From assembly GCA_965226375.1 (NCBI GenBank), contig CBDDCX010000008.1:1376001-1440000 (forward strand): DNA of 64,000 bases, in the 5' to 3' direction. Of the stretch, positions 1 through 9,644 are shown one piece after another. The position numbers and the translations under genes were made by a program. Below the pieces are notes generated by a model, which saw nothing but the letters and a program-made list of their open reading frames with translations, was not told the DNA's origin and searched no databases. The DNA comes from Longimicrobiales bacterium. GTDB taxonomy: Bacteria > Gemmatimonadota > Gemmatimonadetes > Longimicrobiales > Gaopeijiaceae. Each line of letters starts with the position of its first letter. Positions within the stretch are counted from its first letter, which is position 1.

Positions 1-389
1 GCCGAGTATTGGGGCGGCACCTGGTCGCTGCGACCCCGGAAGCAAGCCAGTTCCGACGTAACGTCGTCTCGGCTGGGCATCTCCAGACTTTCCTCGGACT
101 GCACGACCCGTCCTTGGGAATCATGCGTGTCCGTTCTGGTGCCCAATCGCGCCTTCGCGGCGTAGGTCTTGGGAAGACTCGAAAGGTACTCGGCCAACCG
201 AGCCGCGGGCCCAAAGAGAAGAATCAGAAGTCCCGAGGCGAAAGGGTCGAGAGTCCCCGTATGCCCGACACGCCTCGTGCCCAGCACTTTTCGCGCCCAG
301 GCCACCACGTCGTGCGACGTCGGCCCAGGAGGCTTGTCCACGAGGAGCGCCCCGCCCCTTTTCGGCGACTCGAAGACGGCGGTCCTCAC
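1..389 (-). CDS. truB: tRNA pseudouridine(55) synthase, 5' part (runs off window)
   Basis: Not in ORF track; manual translation from GTG 389 gives LLVDKPPGPTSHDVV...VGHTGTLDPFASGLL...KTY...QVPPQYSA; follows rbfA. Confidence 0.95.
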   Translation of the reverse strand, partial: MRTAVFESPKRGGALLVDKPPGPTSHDVVAWARKVLGTRRVGHTGTLDPFASGLLILLFGPAARLAEYLSSLPKTYAAKARLGTRTDTHDSQGRVVQSEESLEMPSRDDVTSELACFRGRSDQVPPQYS

Positions 390-405
390 TCGCCTCGACC
401 TGCCG

Positions 406-864
406 TCATTCACCCGGCTCCGTCGCATCTTCCTGCTGCCCGCCCACGTCGGGGGGTTCTCCTTCACCGGTCTCGTCCGAGAGCTCTTCGGGCACGTCGG
501 CATCCGACACCTCGGGGCGCTCCAACGGTCCGATATCACGCAGAATTTCCTCGATCCGATTGGCCTGTTCGTATGTCTCGTCCTCAAGGAAGCGCAACTC
601 GGGTACGCGGCGAATGTGTAGCATGGACCCGAGCTCACGCCGAATGAAGTTGGAGGCGGCGGCGAGACCCTCCATGGCCTCTTTGTGGTCCGTGTCCGCG
701 CCGACAATGCGCACGTAGACACGAGCGAGCCAGAGATCCGACGTCACGGCAACCCCGGTGACCACGACGTCTATCACCCTTGGGTCCCTCACGTCTCGGT
801 GGAGGATGCCGGTGATTTCTCTCCGGAACTGCTCGTTCAGGCGTTCGAGGCGTCGGTTGGGCAT
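406..864 (-). CDS. rbfA: 30S ribosome-binding factor A with acidic C-terminal tail
   Basis: MPNRRLER...DPR...VTSDLWLARVY...RRVPELRFLED; ATG 864 chosen over ORF-track start. Confidence 0.95.
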   Translation of the reverse strand: MPNRRLERLNEQFRREITGILHRDVRDPRVIDVVVTGVAVTSDLWLARVYVRIVGADTDHKEAMEGLAAASNFIRRELGSMLHIRRVPELRFLEDETYEQANRIEEILRDIGPLERPEVSDADVPEELSDETGEGEPPDVGGQQEDATEPGE

Positions 865-904
865 AAACAAAAAGGGACGTGGCCTGGTCCAGACGGCGGC
901 CGAT

Positions 905-1186
905 TCAGAAGAGGTCTCGTTTGCTGGAGAGAACCACCGCGCGTGTCTCCCCTTCAATAAGGCGGTCAACCTTCGACAGGACCGATTCGGCGACCCGTCC
1001 GTCGGTTGTTACCAGGGCGATGGACAGTTGAGCTCGCGTCCATACGTCTTGGTGTCCGGTCTCCGCTACGGAGACGTTGAACCGGCTACGGAGACGGTCC
1101 TTCAGCGACCTTACGACTCGGCGCTTTTCCTTGAGCGAGCCGCATCCGGGAAGCGAAAGCTCCCATGAGCATGCTGCCACAAGCAC
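905..1186 (-). CDS. DUF503 (YlxP-like) protein
   Basis: SLKEKRRVVRSLKDRLRSRFNVSVAETGHQD motif; AGGAGG upstream of GTG 1186; infB-rbfA context. Confidence 0.9.
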   Translation of the reverse strand: MLVAACSWELSLPGCGSLKEKRRVVRSLKDRLRSRFNVSVAETGHQDVWTRAQLSIALVTTDGRVAESVLSKVDRLIEGETRAVVLSSKRDLF

Positions 1187-1232
1187 TCGTCGCTCCTCCT
1201 GCGGGCTCGCGATCAGTGTCCCGTTGCAGAAG

Positions 1233-3887
1233 TCAGCCCGCTGCTCCGGCAAGTGTGCGGGCCACCTCCTCGACCGAGAAGCACTCCAAGACGTCGCCGA
1301 CCTTGATGTCGTTGAAGTTGCCGATGCCTATGCCGCACTCGAAGCCCTCGCGCACCTCTTTGGCGTCGTCCTTGAAGCGCTTGAGAGAGGAAATTTCACC
1401 TTGGTAGATGACGATTCCGTCCCGCACGAGCCTTACCTCAGACTTCCGGTCGATCACACCGTCGATGACGTATGAGCCGGCGATAGTGCCCACCTTACCG
1501 ACCTTGAACACCTCACGAACCTCAGCGGAGCCAATAATCGTCTCTCTCCGCTCCGGTGTCAGCATGCCCTCGAGGGCAGCCCGGATTTCATCCACAACCT
1601 CGTAGATGATGTCATAGACTCGGATGTCCACCCCGTCTCTTTCGGCATGCTTGCGAGCGTTTGTGTAGGGACGCACGCGGAAGCCGATGATCACCGATCC
1701 GGACGTTCCGGCGAGCAGCACGTCTTCCTCGTTGATGGCCCCGACCGCCCGGTGGACAATCTGAACCTTGACCTCATCGGTACCGATCTGCTCCAAGGCA
1801 TCGGAAAGTGCTTGTACCGAACCGTCCACGTCCGCCTTGATGATGAGGGGGAGCGTGTCGGCTTCGCCGGCGGCGAGCAGTCCTGAGAAATCGCCCAGCT
1901 TTACGCCCCGTTCCTTGATACGGAGCTGCTTTTCACGTTCGAGCCGCATACGGCTCTGAGCGATCTCGCTTGCCTTGTCGGCCGCCATCATCTGGAAGGT
2001 GTCGCCGGCCTGTGGAACTCCCGCCGTTCCGAGGATCTGTACCGGAATTCCAGGGCCCGCTTCCTCCACGGGATGACCGCGCTCGTCGAGCATGGCGCGC
2101 ACGCGGCCATCGCGGTGTCCAACCACGAAGGAATCTCCGACACGTAACGTGCCCTTCTGCACCAGGACCGAAACTACCGGACCCTTTCCGATGTCGAGTT
2201 GGGCCTCGATGACGATGCCGCTAGCGTCACGATTCGGGTTCGCCTTGAGCTCGAGGAGATCGGCCTGCAGGAGCACCTTCTCCAGAAGCTCATCGATCCC
2301 CTCACCGGTCTTCGCCGAAATGTCGGCGCTCAGGACGTCCCCACCGTAGTCCTCGATCTGTACCTCCTGCTGGAGCAACTCCTGCTTGACCTTCATCGGG
2401 TCAGCGGCGGGCAGATCACACTTGTTCACCGCCACGACGAGAGGCACGCCCGCGTTGCGCGCGTGGCTGATGGCCTCTTTGGTTTGAGGCATGACGGAGT
2501 CGTCCGCCGCGACCACCAGAATCACGATGTCCGTGACCTCGGCGCCTCGCGCACGCATCGCCGTGAACGCCGCGTGGCCGGGAGTGTCCAGGAACGTGAT
2601 CATTCGCTGGTTTTCCAGCTCTACGTGATACGCGCCGATGTGCTGGGTGATGCCTCCCGACTCTCCGGCCACCACATTCGTGCTCCGGATCTTGTCGAGC
2701 AGCAGCGTCTTTCCGTGATCCACGTGGCCCATGACGGTCACGACAGGTGATCGCGGTTCCAGATCCTCCGGAGCATCCTCCTGGACCTCGGCCTCTTCCT
2801 GGGCGCTATACTCTTCCTCACGCACGGCGGTAAAGTCGAACTCATCCAGAAGCATCTCGATCTGATCGAAGTCGAGCCTCTGATTGATGGTGACCATAAG
2901 GCCGAGATTCTTGAACGCCGAGCCGATGATTTCCATAGACGAGACGTCAACCAAATCGGACAACTCTGATACGGTGAGGAATTCGTTCACCCGAACGGTC
3001 GTCCGCTCGCGCTCTTCTTCCTGAATGGCCTCCTGCTCTGCGACCTCACGCTCTTCCTTGGCAGGCCCCTTCCGTCGGCGTTTCTTGCTACTGCCCTTGA
3101 GCTCGGCCATGACGCGCTGGATGTTCTCCTGGACAGCACTCTGATCGACACGCGCGCGCTTCTTGCCCTTCTTCTTCGCACGCTGCTGTCGCTGACCGTC
3201 GGGCGTGTACCCCTCTGCCTGGACCCTCACCTGCCCCGCCGCTCCCGCGCTGGCCGAAGGCTTGGGCCGACGGATCACACGTGCGGGCCCCTCGGGTGCC
3301 GAATGACGGACGGGTTCCGGCGGTGGAGCGGCCGGTACAGGATCAACGGGCGTCTCGACGACAACCTCGGCCGCAGGCTCCTCGGCGGACTCTTCGGTCT
3401 CCGGCTCCTCGGCCTGGGTCTCTTCAATCTCGGCCTCATCCGGGGGAACCTCTTCCGCCACCCCTGCCTCGGCGACCGGCTCCTCTACCTCAGCCTCCTC
3501 AGAGGACGACTCATCCGGCTCGGCGCCCTCGTCGGCTACCTCGGTTTCGTCTTCAACATCCGCAACCGGAGCCTCGGAGGGTTCGTTGCTCTCCTCCGCC
3601 TCTTCCGAGATCTCTTCTTCTGCAGGCTCCGGCTTTATCTCACTCGCCCGGCGTCGCCTACGTTTGCCCTCCGTGGGCTTAGCGTCTTCGATGGCGGCCT
3701 GGATCGCCTCGGACGCGTCCTTGTGGCCGGCTCTGCGTTCCCGTTCGAGTCGCGCAAGAATGCGCGACACGTTCTCGTCGCTCATCGGGGCGTCTGCGTC
3801 TGGGACGGGAATCCGCATCGTCCTCAGCAAGCTAAGCAGGACCTCGGCGGAAACTCCGAGATCGTCGGCTAGTTCTACAACCCGCAT
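1233..3887 (-). CDS. infB: translation initiation factor IF-2
   Basis: [43 protein letters not shown]. Confidence 0.99.
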   Translation of the reverse strand: MRVVELADDLGVSAEVLLSLLRTMRIPVPDADAPMSDENVSRILARLERERRAGHKDASEAIQAAIEDAKPTEGKRRRRRASEIKPEPAEEEISEEAEESNEPSEAPVADVEDETEVADEGAEPDESSSEEAEVEEPVAEAGVAEEVPPDEAEIEETQAEEPETEESAEEPAAEVVVETPVDPVPAAPPPEPVRHSAPEGPARVIRRPKPSASAGAAGQVRVQAEGYTPDGQRQQRAKKKGKKRARVDQSAVQENIQRVMAELKGSSKKRRRKGPAKEEREVAEQEAIQEEERERTTVRVNEFLTVSELSDLVDVSSMEIIGSAFKNLGLMVTINQRLDFDQIEMLLDEFDFTAVREEEYSAQEEAEVQEDAPEDLEPRSPVVTVMGHVDHGKTLLLDKIRSTNVVAGESGGITQHIGAYHVELENQRMITFLDTPGHAAFTAMRARGAEVTDIVILVVAADDSVMPQTKEAISHARNAGVPLVVAVNKCDLPAADPMKVKQELLQQEVQIEDYGGDVLSADISAKTGEGIDELLEKVLLQADLLELKANPNRDASGIVIEAQLDIGKGPVVSVLVQKGTLRVGDSFVVGHRDGRVRAMLDERGHPVEEAGPGIPVQILGTAGVPQAGDTFQMMAADKASEIAQSRMRLEREKQLRIKERGVKLGDFSGLLAAGEADTLPLIIKADVDGSVQALSDALEQIGTDEVKVQIVHRAVGAINEEDVLLAGTSGSVIIGFRVRPYTNARKHAERDGVDIRVYDIIYEVVDEIRAALEGMLTPERRETIIGSAEVREVFKVGKVGTIAGSYVIDGVIDRKSEVRLVRDGIVIYQGEISSLKRFKDDAKEVREGFECGIGIGNFNDIKVGDVLECFSVEEVARTLAGAAG

Positions 3888-3896
3888 CTGCTTTGC

Positions 3897-4214
3897 CTAC
3901 CTCCGCTCAGTCGCATCGTGCGTGCCCACATTCACGGCCAACTGGCCGGCCAACTGACTCGCAAAGTTCTTGTCGGTGACCGCGACCGCGGAAAGCGGAG
4001 CGGATCCCACCGCCGCACCCAACTCGGCTCGACTCCCCAAGATTACGCGGGGAGTCTCCCGATGTCGCAACAACTTCAACACCTTGTTGCGCTGGACCTC
4101 CGAGGCGTCCTGGGCCAGTAGCACGAGCCGGGCACGTCCGTCCCTCACGGCCCGTTGCGTGGCCCCCGTTCCACGTTCCAATGCGCCCGCTCGCCGGGCA
4201 AGCCCCAGTAACAT
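3897..4214 (-). CDS. L7Ae/L30e family RNA-binding protein (YlxQ-like); start uncertain
   Basis: LLGLARRAG...LVLLAQDAS...ELGAAVG...AVAVTDKNFA; between nusA and infB. Confidence 0.88.
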   Translation of the reverse strand: MLLGLARRAGALERGTGATQRAVRDGRARLVLLAQDASEVQRNKVLKLLRHRETPRVILGSRAELGAAVGSAPLSAVAVTDKNFASQLAGQLAVNVGTHDATERR

Positions 4215-4221
4215 CAGCGCG

Positions 4222-5820
4222 CTACGCCTCGACCGTCTCATCATCGTCCGCCGCCCCCGCTTGGTCCGCCTCCGCCTCACCTGCATCGTCGGGGCCGGCT
4301 GAAGCCAGTCCTTCAGAGTCGGCTTCAGCCTCTTCTTCCGCGAGCGGTCCGGCGTCTGCTACTTCTGTCTCTTGGGCCGCCTCGTCACCACCGGACTCCC
4401 CATCACCATCGTCCGATTCGCCACCGGCGGATTCCTCTCCGTTCTCGACGTCCCCCCCAGCCTCAGGGGCGTCCGCGACCACGGAGGAATCATCGTCCAC
4501 GACCTCACTCACCGCGTCGGGCGCATCCGCCACAACCGTAAGCTCATCGATGAGGGACAGCAGCTGATCCGCGGCGTCCTCCGTGAGTCCTTCGATGGCC
4601 AGGAAATTCGTGCGGTCAAAGTCGATGATTTGCAGGAAAGTACTATACCCGGCGTTCCCCAGGGCTCCGAGAATCGCCGGAGTGAGATCAAGTTCGGACA
4701 ACGAGAAATCCGAAGTTTCGTACTCGTCCGCGTCCGGTTCCTGGAAGAGGGACAGATCCGCGCCGAGCTCGACCCATTCCCGCGAGCCGTACAGGTCGAT
4801 CTGCCAGCCGATGAGCTGAGACGCGAGCCGTACGTTCTGACCGTTTCGCCCGATAGCCAGGGAGAGTTGATCTTCATCGACAATGGCCGTGATCACCTGG
4901 CGTTCAGGATCACTCATGACCTTTGAAACCCGAGCGGGCGCCAAGGAGCGTCTCGCGAAGATTTCCGGCTCGGCGTGCCACGGCACGATGTCGATCCGCT
5001 CTCCACCCAACTCCTGAACCACCGCCTGCACCCGAGACCCCCTGAGGCCGACGCACGCACCTACGGGATCGATGGACTCGTCCCGGCTGTAGACGGCGAT
5101 CTTCGTACGTCCGCCCACTTCCCGGGCCACTTCCTTGATCTCGACGATCCCCTGGTGGATCTCCGGAACCTCCAGATTGAAGAGGGCCGCCACGAATAGT
5201 GGGTCTGCCCTGGAGAGAATGAGCCGGGGTCCCTTCGGCGTCTCCTCGACCTTCTTGAGAACGCAACGGATGGGATCACCCTGGCGGAATCGCTCCCTCG
5301 GGTTCTGGTCCTTCCAGGGAATGATGGCGTCGGCGTCGGCCGAGCGGTTGAGCATGACTACGATCTTGCCACGCTCCATCTGCTGCACCTCGCCGGAGAG
5401 TAACTCCCCGATGCGGTCCGAGTACTCATCGCGGATCCGATCGCGTTCATTCTCGCGAACGAGTTGGATGATGCGCTGCTTCACGGCCATCACCGCGTTG
5501 CGACCGAAATCCGCAAAATCGACCGGAATTTCCATGACGTCGCCGACTTCGAATCCTTCATCGTCCCAGCGAGCCTCCTCGAGGCTGATCTCGGACGATG
5601 GATCTTCTACATCTTCGACCACCCGTCTCAGAACGGTGATCTCGAACCCGCCCGCGGCGTCGTCAATGTCGATTTCGGCTTGTACGTTTGGACCGTATAT
5701 GCGCGCCAGACCCGCCCTGATCCCGTCCTTGAGGAGTTCGTTCACCTCATCGTGGGACAGGCTTTTCGTTGCGGCGACGTCTCTAAACGCCGCTACGATT
5801 TGGCCGGTATCAACAGTCAT
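4222..5820 (-). CDS. nusA: transcription elongation factor NusA, long acidic C-tail
   Basis: FGRNAVMAVKQ, EVPEI..G, AREVGGRTKIAV, DPVGACVG.RGSRV, LSLAIGRNGQNVRLA; ATG 5820. Confidence 0.98.
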   Translation of the reverse strand: MTVDTGQIVAAFRDVAATKSLSHDEVNELLKDGIRAGLARIYGPNVQAEIDIDDAAGGFEITVLRRVVEDVEDPSSEISLEEARWDDEGFEVGDVMEIPVDFADFGRNAVMAVKQRIIQLVRENERDRIRDEYSDRIGELLSGEVQQMERGKIVVMLNRSADADAIIPWKDQNPRERFRQGDPIRCVLKKVEETPKGPRLILSRADPLFVAALFNLEVPEIHQGIVEIKEVAREVGGRTKIAVYSRDESIDPVGACVGLRGSRVQAVVQELGGERIDIVPWHAEPEIFARRSLAPARVSKVMSDPERQVITAIVDEDQLSLAIGRNGQNVRLASQLIGWQIDLYGSREWVELGADLSLFQEPDADEYETSDFSLSELDLTPAILGALGNAGYSTFLQIIDFDRTNFLAIEGLTEDAADQLLSLIDELTVVADAPDAVSEVVDDDSSVVADAPEAGGDVENGEESAGGESDDGDGESGGDEAAQETEVADAGPLAEEEAEADSEGLASAGPDDAGEAEADQAGAADDDETVEA

Positions 5821-5839
5821 AGTGTCCTCGCCCGTACGC

Positions 5840-6328
5840 CTACTTCCAATTGAACAGGAGGTGGGCACCCTTGATCTCCGTAAGGGGCACGCCCACCTCG
5901 GTGCCATCGCCCAGTCGGAGCCGTGCCGTCGGCTCCGGGTCCGGGTCCAATCCCAACAACTCCGCCTCGATCCGGGTAGATCGCTCAGCAAGAACCCGGT
6001 GACCTTTGACCACCACAGGTCGTCCTGCAAAACGCTCCCAGTCTCGTGGCCTGACCAACGGCCGCTCGACTCCCGGAGACGAAACCTCTAACACATAGCG
6101 CTCAGGTACGTCTCCATCCTCATCGAGCCAAGCCTCGAGGGCACGGCTCACCTGAGCGCAATCGTCCACCGTGACCGTCGACTCCAACTCCGAACCCGGC
6201 CTATCCATGCGAATGCGCATGATCGGCCGACTTCGGCTCCCAGCCCAATCCAACGAGACCAGCTCGAATCCGATAGTCGCGATCTGCGCCTCGATTTTCC
6301 GTTCGATCTCGGGCCGTGATGCAGCCAT
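5840..6328 (-). CDS. rimP: ribosome maturation factor RimP
   Basis: TVDDCAQVSR, YVLEVSSPGVERPL; ATG 6328; upstream of nusA. Confidence 0.96.
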   Translation of the reverse strand: MAASRPEIERKIEAQIATIGFELVSLDWAGSRSRPIMRIRMDRPGSELESTVTVDDCAQVSRALEAWLDEDGDVPERYVLEVSSPGVERPLVRPRDWERFAGRPVVVKGHRVLAERSTRIEAELLGLDPDPEPTARLRLGDGTEVGVPLTEIKGAHLLFNWK

Positions 6329-6371
6329 GGCCACCCCTACCGGAGGCGGTAAAACGCAAACCCCCGAGAAC

Positions 6372-6429
6372 AAAAAAGCGGGGGCTACCAACTCCCCCAC
6401 TCACAAAAGTGGCCGCCCGAAAGGCGGCC
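6372..6429 (-). promoter_or_regulatory. rimP leader: two tandem hairpins, the second terminator-like
   Basis: GGCCGCC-TTTCG-GGCGGCC, then GTGGGGG-AGTTGGTAG-CCCCCGC-TTTTTT, between promoter and rimP start. Confidence 0.7.
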
Positions 6430-6441
6430 GTTACGAGCGAT

Positions 6442-6470
6442 AATATAGGCGCAATGCCTTGATTACTCAA
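6442..6470 (-). promoter_or_regulatory. sigma-70-type promoter of rimP operon
   Basis: TTGAGT-17nt-TATATT. Confidence 0.65.
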
Positions 6471-6536
6471 GACTTCGAGCGCCGGGGTAGTGGGTCACTG
6501 ACCCACTACCAGCACCACAGGCCCCGACTCAGAGGC

Positions 6537-6938
6537 TCATGCGCCCTCTTCTTCCTCGGCCGGCTCCTCGGGGGCTGCCTCGGCTTCCAGCCCCACGGAC
6601 CGCTCGACACTCTTGACCCTTTCCTTGAGCCCGTCCACGACACCCCTCAGGCTGTCGAATTCCTTCTGTTTGACGAAATCGAAGGCCTCCCTGGCCTCAC
6701 CGGCTCTCGCCTGCGCTTTCTCCAGCGTCGTGCGCATGACCTCTTTGGCCCGCTCGGGTGAGAGATCACCCCGCTCCTTGGCTTCGTTGAGGGGCTCCTC
6801 AATGGCGTCCTTCATCGCATTGAGCATACCAAGGCCTTGACGAATGCTGCCCTTGATACCGTCTGTTCGGCTCTGCTCTTCCGAGTCCTGCTCGGTTCCC
6901 GAGCCGTCGTTTCCCTCAGGAGTGTTCTCTTCCGACAT
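6537..6938 (-). CDS. acidic coiled-coil protein, phasin/UbiK-like C-terminus
   Basis: FDFVKQKEFDSLRGVVDGLKERVKSVE heptad pattern; GGAG upstream of ATG 6938. Confidence 0.6.
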   Translation of the reverse strand: MSEENTPEGNDGSGTEQDSEEQSRTDGIKGSIRQGLGMLNAMKDAIEEPLNEAKERGDLSPERAKEVMRTTLEKAQARAGEAREAFDFVKQKEFDSLRGVVDGLKERVKSVERSVGLEAEAAPEEPAEEEEGA

Positions 6939-7021
6939 GTCGCGGCCCTTCTCCACTGTGGGGTGACCACGATGGTCGCGGTCGTGTAGAGGTCTGTTCT
7001 GTCCTTCTTCAACAAGCCTTT

Positions 7022-7030
7022 AGTCTAGCA
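7022..7030 (-). promoter_or_regulatory. extended -10 element upstream of coiled-coil gene
   Basis: TGc-TAGACT. Confidence 0.4.
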
Positions 7031-7035
7031 GTACA

Positions 7036-7191
7036 GAATCCCGTCGGCGACCAGAGGTCGACGTCGAGACATATGGTCCCTCGTATGCACATTGAAGCGT
7101 TCAGTCCATTCCTGAGCCTTACGGCCTCGTCACTCGCGAGGTTTCCCGCCGGGGGCCGACCCATCACGAAGGACGACATCCAATGGGATCC
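7036..7191 (-). ncRNA. candidate structured RNA downstream of murA
   Basis: Nested long-range pairings; G-U pairs mostly favour minus strand; family not recognised. Confidence 0.4.
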
Positions 7192-7197
7192 GGACAA

Positions 7198-8481
7198 TTA
7201 AAAGGCTTCCGACCTTTCGATGTGAGCCCCTAGAGCGCGCAGGCGCTCGTCGATACGCTCGTACCCTCGCTCGATCTGCCGAATATTCTGGATGCGACTG
7301 GTACCTTCGGCTCCGAGTGCCGCGATCAGCATGGCCATTCCGGCCCGGATGTCCGGACTTTCCAGAGTTGTTCCCCTGAGCTGGGAGGGCCCAGCCACTA
7401 CCGCCCGGTGGGGGTCGCACAGGATGATCTGAGCACCCATGGCTACCAGCTTGTCGGTAAAGTACATGCGAGACTCGAACATCTTCTCGTGAATCAGCAC
7501 CGTTCCTGTACACCGCGTTGCCGTGACCACGGCAATGGACGTGAGATCCGCGGGGAAAGCGGGCCAGGGCCCGTCGTCGATCTTGGGTACTGCGCCGAAA
7601 GCGTCGCTGGCTACCCGACACTCACGGTCCCCGTGCACCACGAGCGAGTCCCCATCGATGGTGACCTCAACGCCAAGCCGCGCAAAGCCCAGCAGCGTGG
7701 AGTCGAGATGTTCGATGGGAGCCCCTTCCACCACCAACTCACTATTCGTCACGGCGGCCAAGCCGATGAAGGATCCTGTCTCGATGTGATCGGTGCCTAT
7801 GGCGAACGTGGTCCCACCGAGTTCCCTGACCCCCTCAATGCGAAGGCGATTGGTGCCGATTCCCTCGATGTGAGCTCCCATGCCGTTGAGCAGGTGGCAC
7901 AGGTCCTGGACGTGTGGCTCGCAAGCGACATTGCGTAGCAAGGTCTCCCCGTCGGCAAGCACTGCGGCCATTACGGCATTCTCCGTAGCCGTAACGGACG
8001 GTTCATCGAGGAATATGTCGGCCCCCCTCAGATGAATCGCTTCGATCTGGAAGCCTCCGTTGAGTCGCACTTCCGCCCCCAGTGCCTCGAAGGCCAGGAA
8101 GTGTGTGTCCATGCGACGACGACCGATCACATCGCCACCGGGCGGCGGTAAATCGACCCGACCGAAACGAGCGAGAAGGGGTCCAGCGAGAAGCAGTGAT
8201 GCCCGAATGCGCTCCGCCAGGTCGCGGTCGACCTCCCCCGAGGTCACCGAGGACGCATCCACCGTAACCACGTTGTTGTCGTCCCATTGCACGTCGGCGC
8301 CAAGCGAAGCCACAATTTCCAGCAGCGTCTCGACGTCTCTAATGCGGGGGATATTTTGGAGGGTCACCGGCCCGGTCGCGAGCACGGTAGCGGCGATCGC
8401 GGGCAAGGCAGCGTTCTTGTTACCGGCGGGTCGGACCACCCCGGTCAGGGAATGGCCGCCCTCAACGATGAAGCTTGGCAT
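7198..8481 (-). CDS. murA: UDP-N-acetylglucosamine 1-carboxyvinyltransferase (Cys-to-Asp type)
   Basis: [52 protein letters not shown] before ATG 8481. Confidence 0.97.
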   Translation of the reverse strand: MPSFIVEGGHSLTGVVRPAGNKNAALPAIAATVLATGPVTLQNIPRIRDVETLLEIVASLGADVQWDDNNVVTVDASSVTSGEVDRDLAERIRASLLLAGPLLARFGRVDLPPPGGDVIGRRRMDTHFLAFEALGAEVRLNGGFQIEAIHLRGADIFLDEPSVTATENAVMAAVLADGETLLRNVACEPHVQDLCHLLNGMGAHIEGIGTNRLRIEGVRELGGTTFAIGTDHIETGSFIGLAAVTNSELVVEGAPIEHLDSTLLGFARLGVEVTIDGDSLVVHGDRECRVASDAFGAVPKIDDGPWPAFPADLTSIAVVTATRCTGTVLIHEKMFESRMYFTDKLVAMGAQIILCDPHRAVVAGPSQLRGTTLESPDIRAGMAMLIAALGAEGTSRIQNIRQIERGYERIDERLRALGAHIERSEAF

Positions 8482-8619
8482 GTCCTCCTTGCGGTCTCCG
8501 AAGTACCTGGCCGACACGGGTCCGGTCTCCAATCCCACGACCGTTTTGCCACGTCGACCTCGAACATATTCCACCGTCCCCCGACGCAGCAACCGGCTCT
8601 TCATCGTAACGCCCTCCAG

Positions 8620-8766
8620 CTCGAGATATCCGCCTCGAAACCGCCGTCACCCCTCGCGTGGGGCAGCAGCCTGCGATACTCTCTTGCAGGTTGCGTGCCG
8701 CCATCGGCGGGGATCCCCTCGAGACGTCGATCGACTCCAGTCAAGGCCGAACGGACGCCTTGTTTT
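8620..8766 (+). promoter_or_regulatory. candidate structured leader with terminator-like hairpin upstream of EIIA operon
   Basis: Several nested stems, an 11-bp hairpin at 8666-8694, CAAGGC/GCCTTG-TTTT at 8742-8766. Confidence 0.35.
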
Positions 8767-8811
8767 CCCCGCCCAGTGACTGTTCAGAAATCGCCTCACC
8801 GGTTACGAATA

Positions 8812-9273
8812 ATGCGCTTACGAGATTTTGTTCGAGCTGATTCGATGCTATGCGGATTCCGAGCCGGCTCGCGTGACGATACCATCGGGCTGTTGGTCGA
8901 GACACTGGTGAGCCGTGGACTGATACAGAATGAGTGGGACGTAAAAAACCGGCTTATACGTACCGAGGATGTGCACACCACAGCCATCGGCAATGGGGTC
9001 GCGATTCCTCACGCCACCGTCGAGGGTTTAGGGGGAACGCTTCTCATGGTGGCCGTTTCGGGCCACCCCGTGACGTTCGGACCGGCGGAAGTCGAGACCT
9101 GTTCCGTGTTCTTCCTACTCCTTTCTCCACCCAACAGGGGAGGTGAGCACATCCGGATTCTGGCCAGGATAGCACGACTGGCGTCCGACCCATCCGCCGT
9201 AGAGCGTCTCCGGTCTGCCGGCTCGGAAGAGCTCCTGGTGGAAGCGTTGCAGGTAATGGACGACCGACGCTGA
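8812..9273 (+). CDS. stand-alone PTS EIIA (Fru/Ntr type) protein
   Basis: TTAIGNGVAIPHA phospho-His motif; HIRILARIARL; ATG 8812. Confidence 0.9.
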   Translation: MRLRDFVRADSMLCGFRAGSRDDTIGLLVETLVSRGLIQNEWDVKNRLIRTEDVHTTAIGNGVAIPHATVEGLGGTLLMVAVSGHPVTFGPAEVETCSVFFLLLSPPNRGGEHIRILARIARLASDPSAVERLRSAGSEELLVEALQVMDDRR

Positions 9274-9283
9274 TGACCATGCC

Positions 9284-9637
9284 ATGCACCTACTAGTCGC
9301 CGTCGTCAACGAGCCCGAGAAGTTGGACGAAATCCTGTCGGGGTTCGTGGAGCTCGGAGTGCGTGGCGCAACCGTCATCAAGTCGGAGGGCATGGGCCGA
9401 GTCCTTTCGCACGACATTCCGATCTTTGCCGGCCTCCAAACTCTCATCGATCGATCTCGGCCGCAGAATCGCACCATCTTCACCGTATTGGATGATGATC
9501 TGGTGGAAGCGGTGATCGTGCTCTTCCAGGATATTTGCGGTGATCTTGAAGATCCCGCCACGGGCATCCTGTTTACACTCCCGTTGGATCGTGTGGTTGG
9601 ACTCTCCGCTACGGAGTTGGGCGAGCAGCCGGAGTAG
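9284..9637 (+). CDS. PII-like signalling protein
   Basis: GVRGATVIKSEGMG, TGILFTLPLDRVVG; PII-like size (117 aa). Confidence 0.8.
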   Translation: MHLLVAVVNEPEKLDEILSGFVELGVRGATVIKSEGMGRVLSHDIPIFAGLQTLIDRSRPQNRTIFTVLDDDLVEAVIVLFQDICGDLEDPATGILFTLPLDRVVGLSATELGEQPE

Positions 9638-9644
9638 ACGGTCC

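Noticed and set aside
7105..7165. Ribozyme look-alike on minus strand (TGACGAG-GCC-GTAA-GGC; GGGTCGG...CCTCGCG)
   Set aside because: Lacks the hammerhead CUGA start and GAAA after stem II; lacks HDV P1 and P3 partner strands
8482..8604. N-terminal extension of murA from ORF track (similar extensions on rbfA, nusA, gatA, dxr, tsf, iscS)
   Set aside because: Homology and RBS positions point to downstream starts
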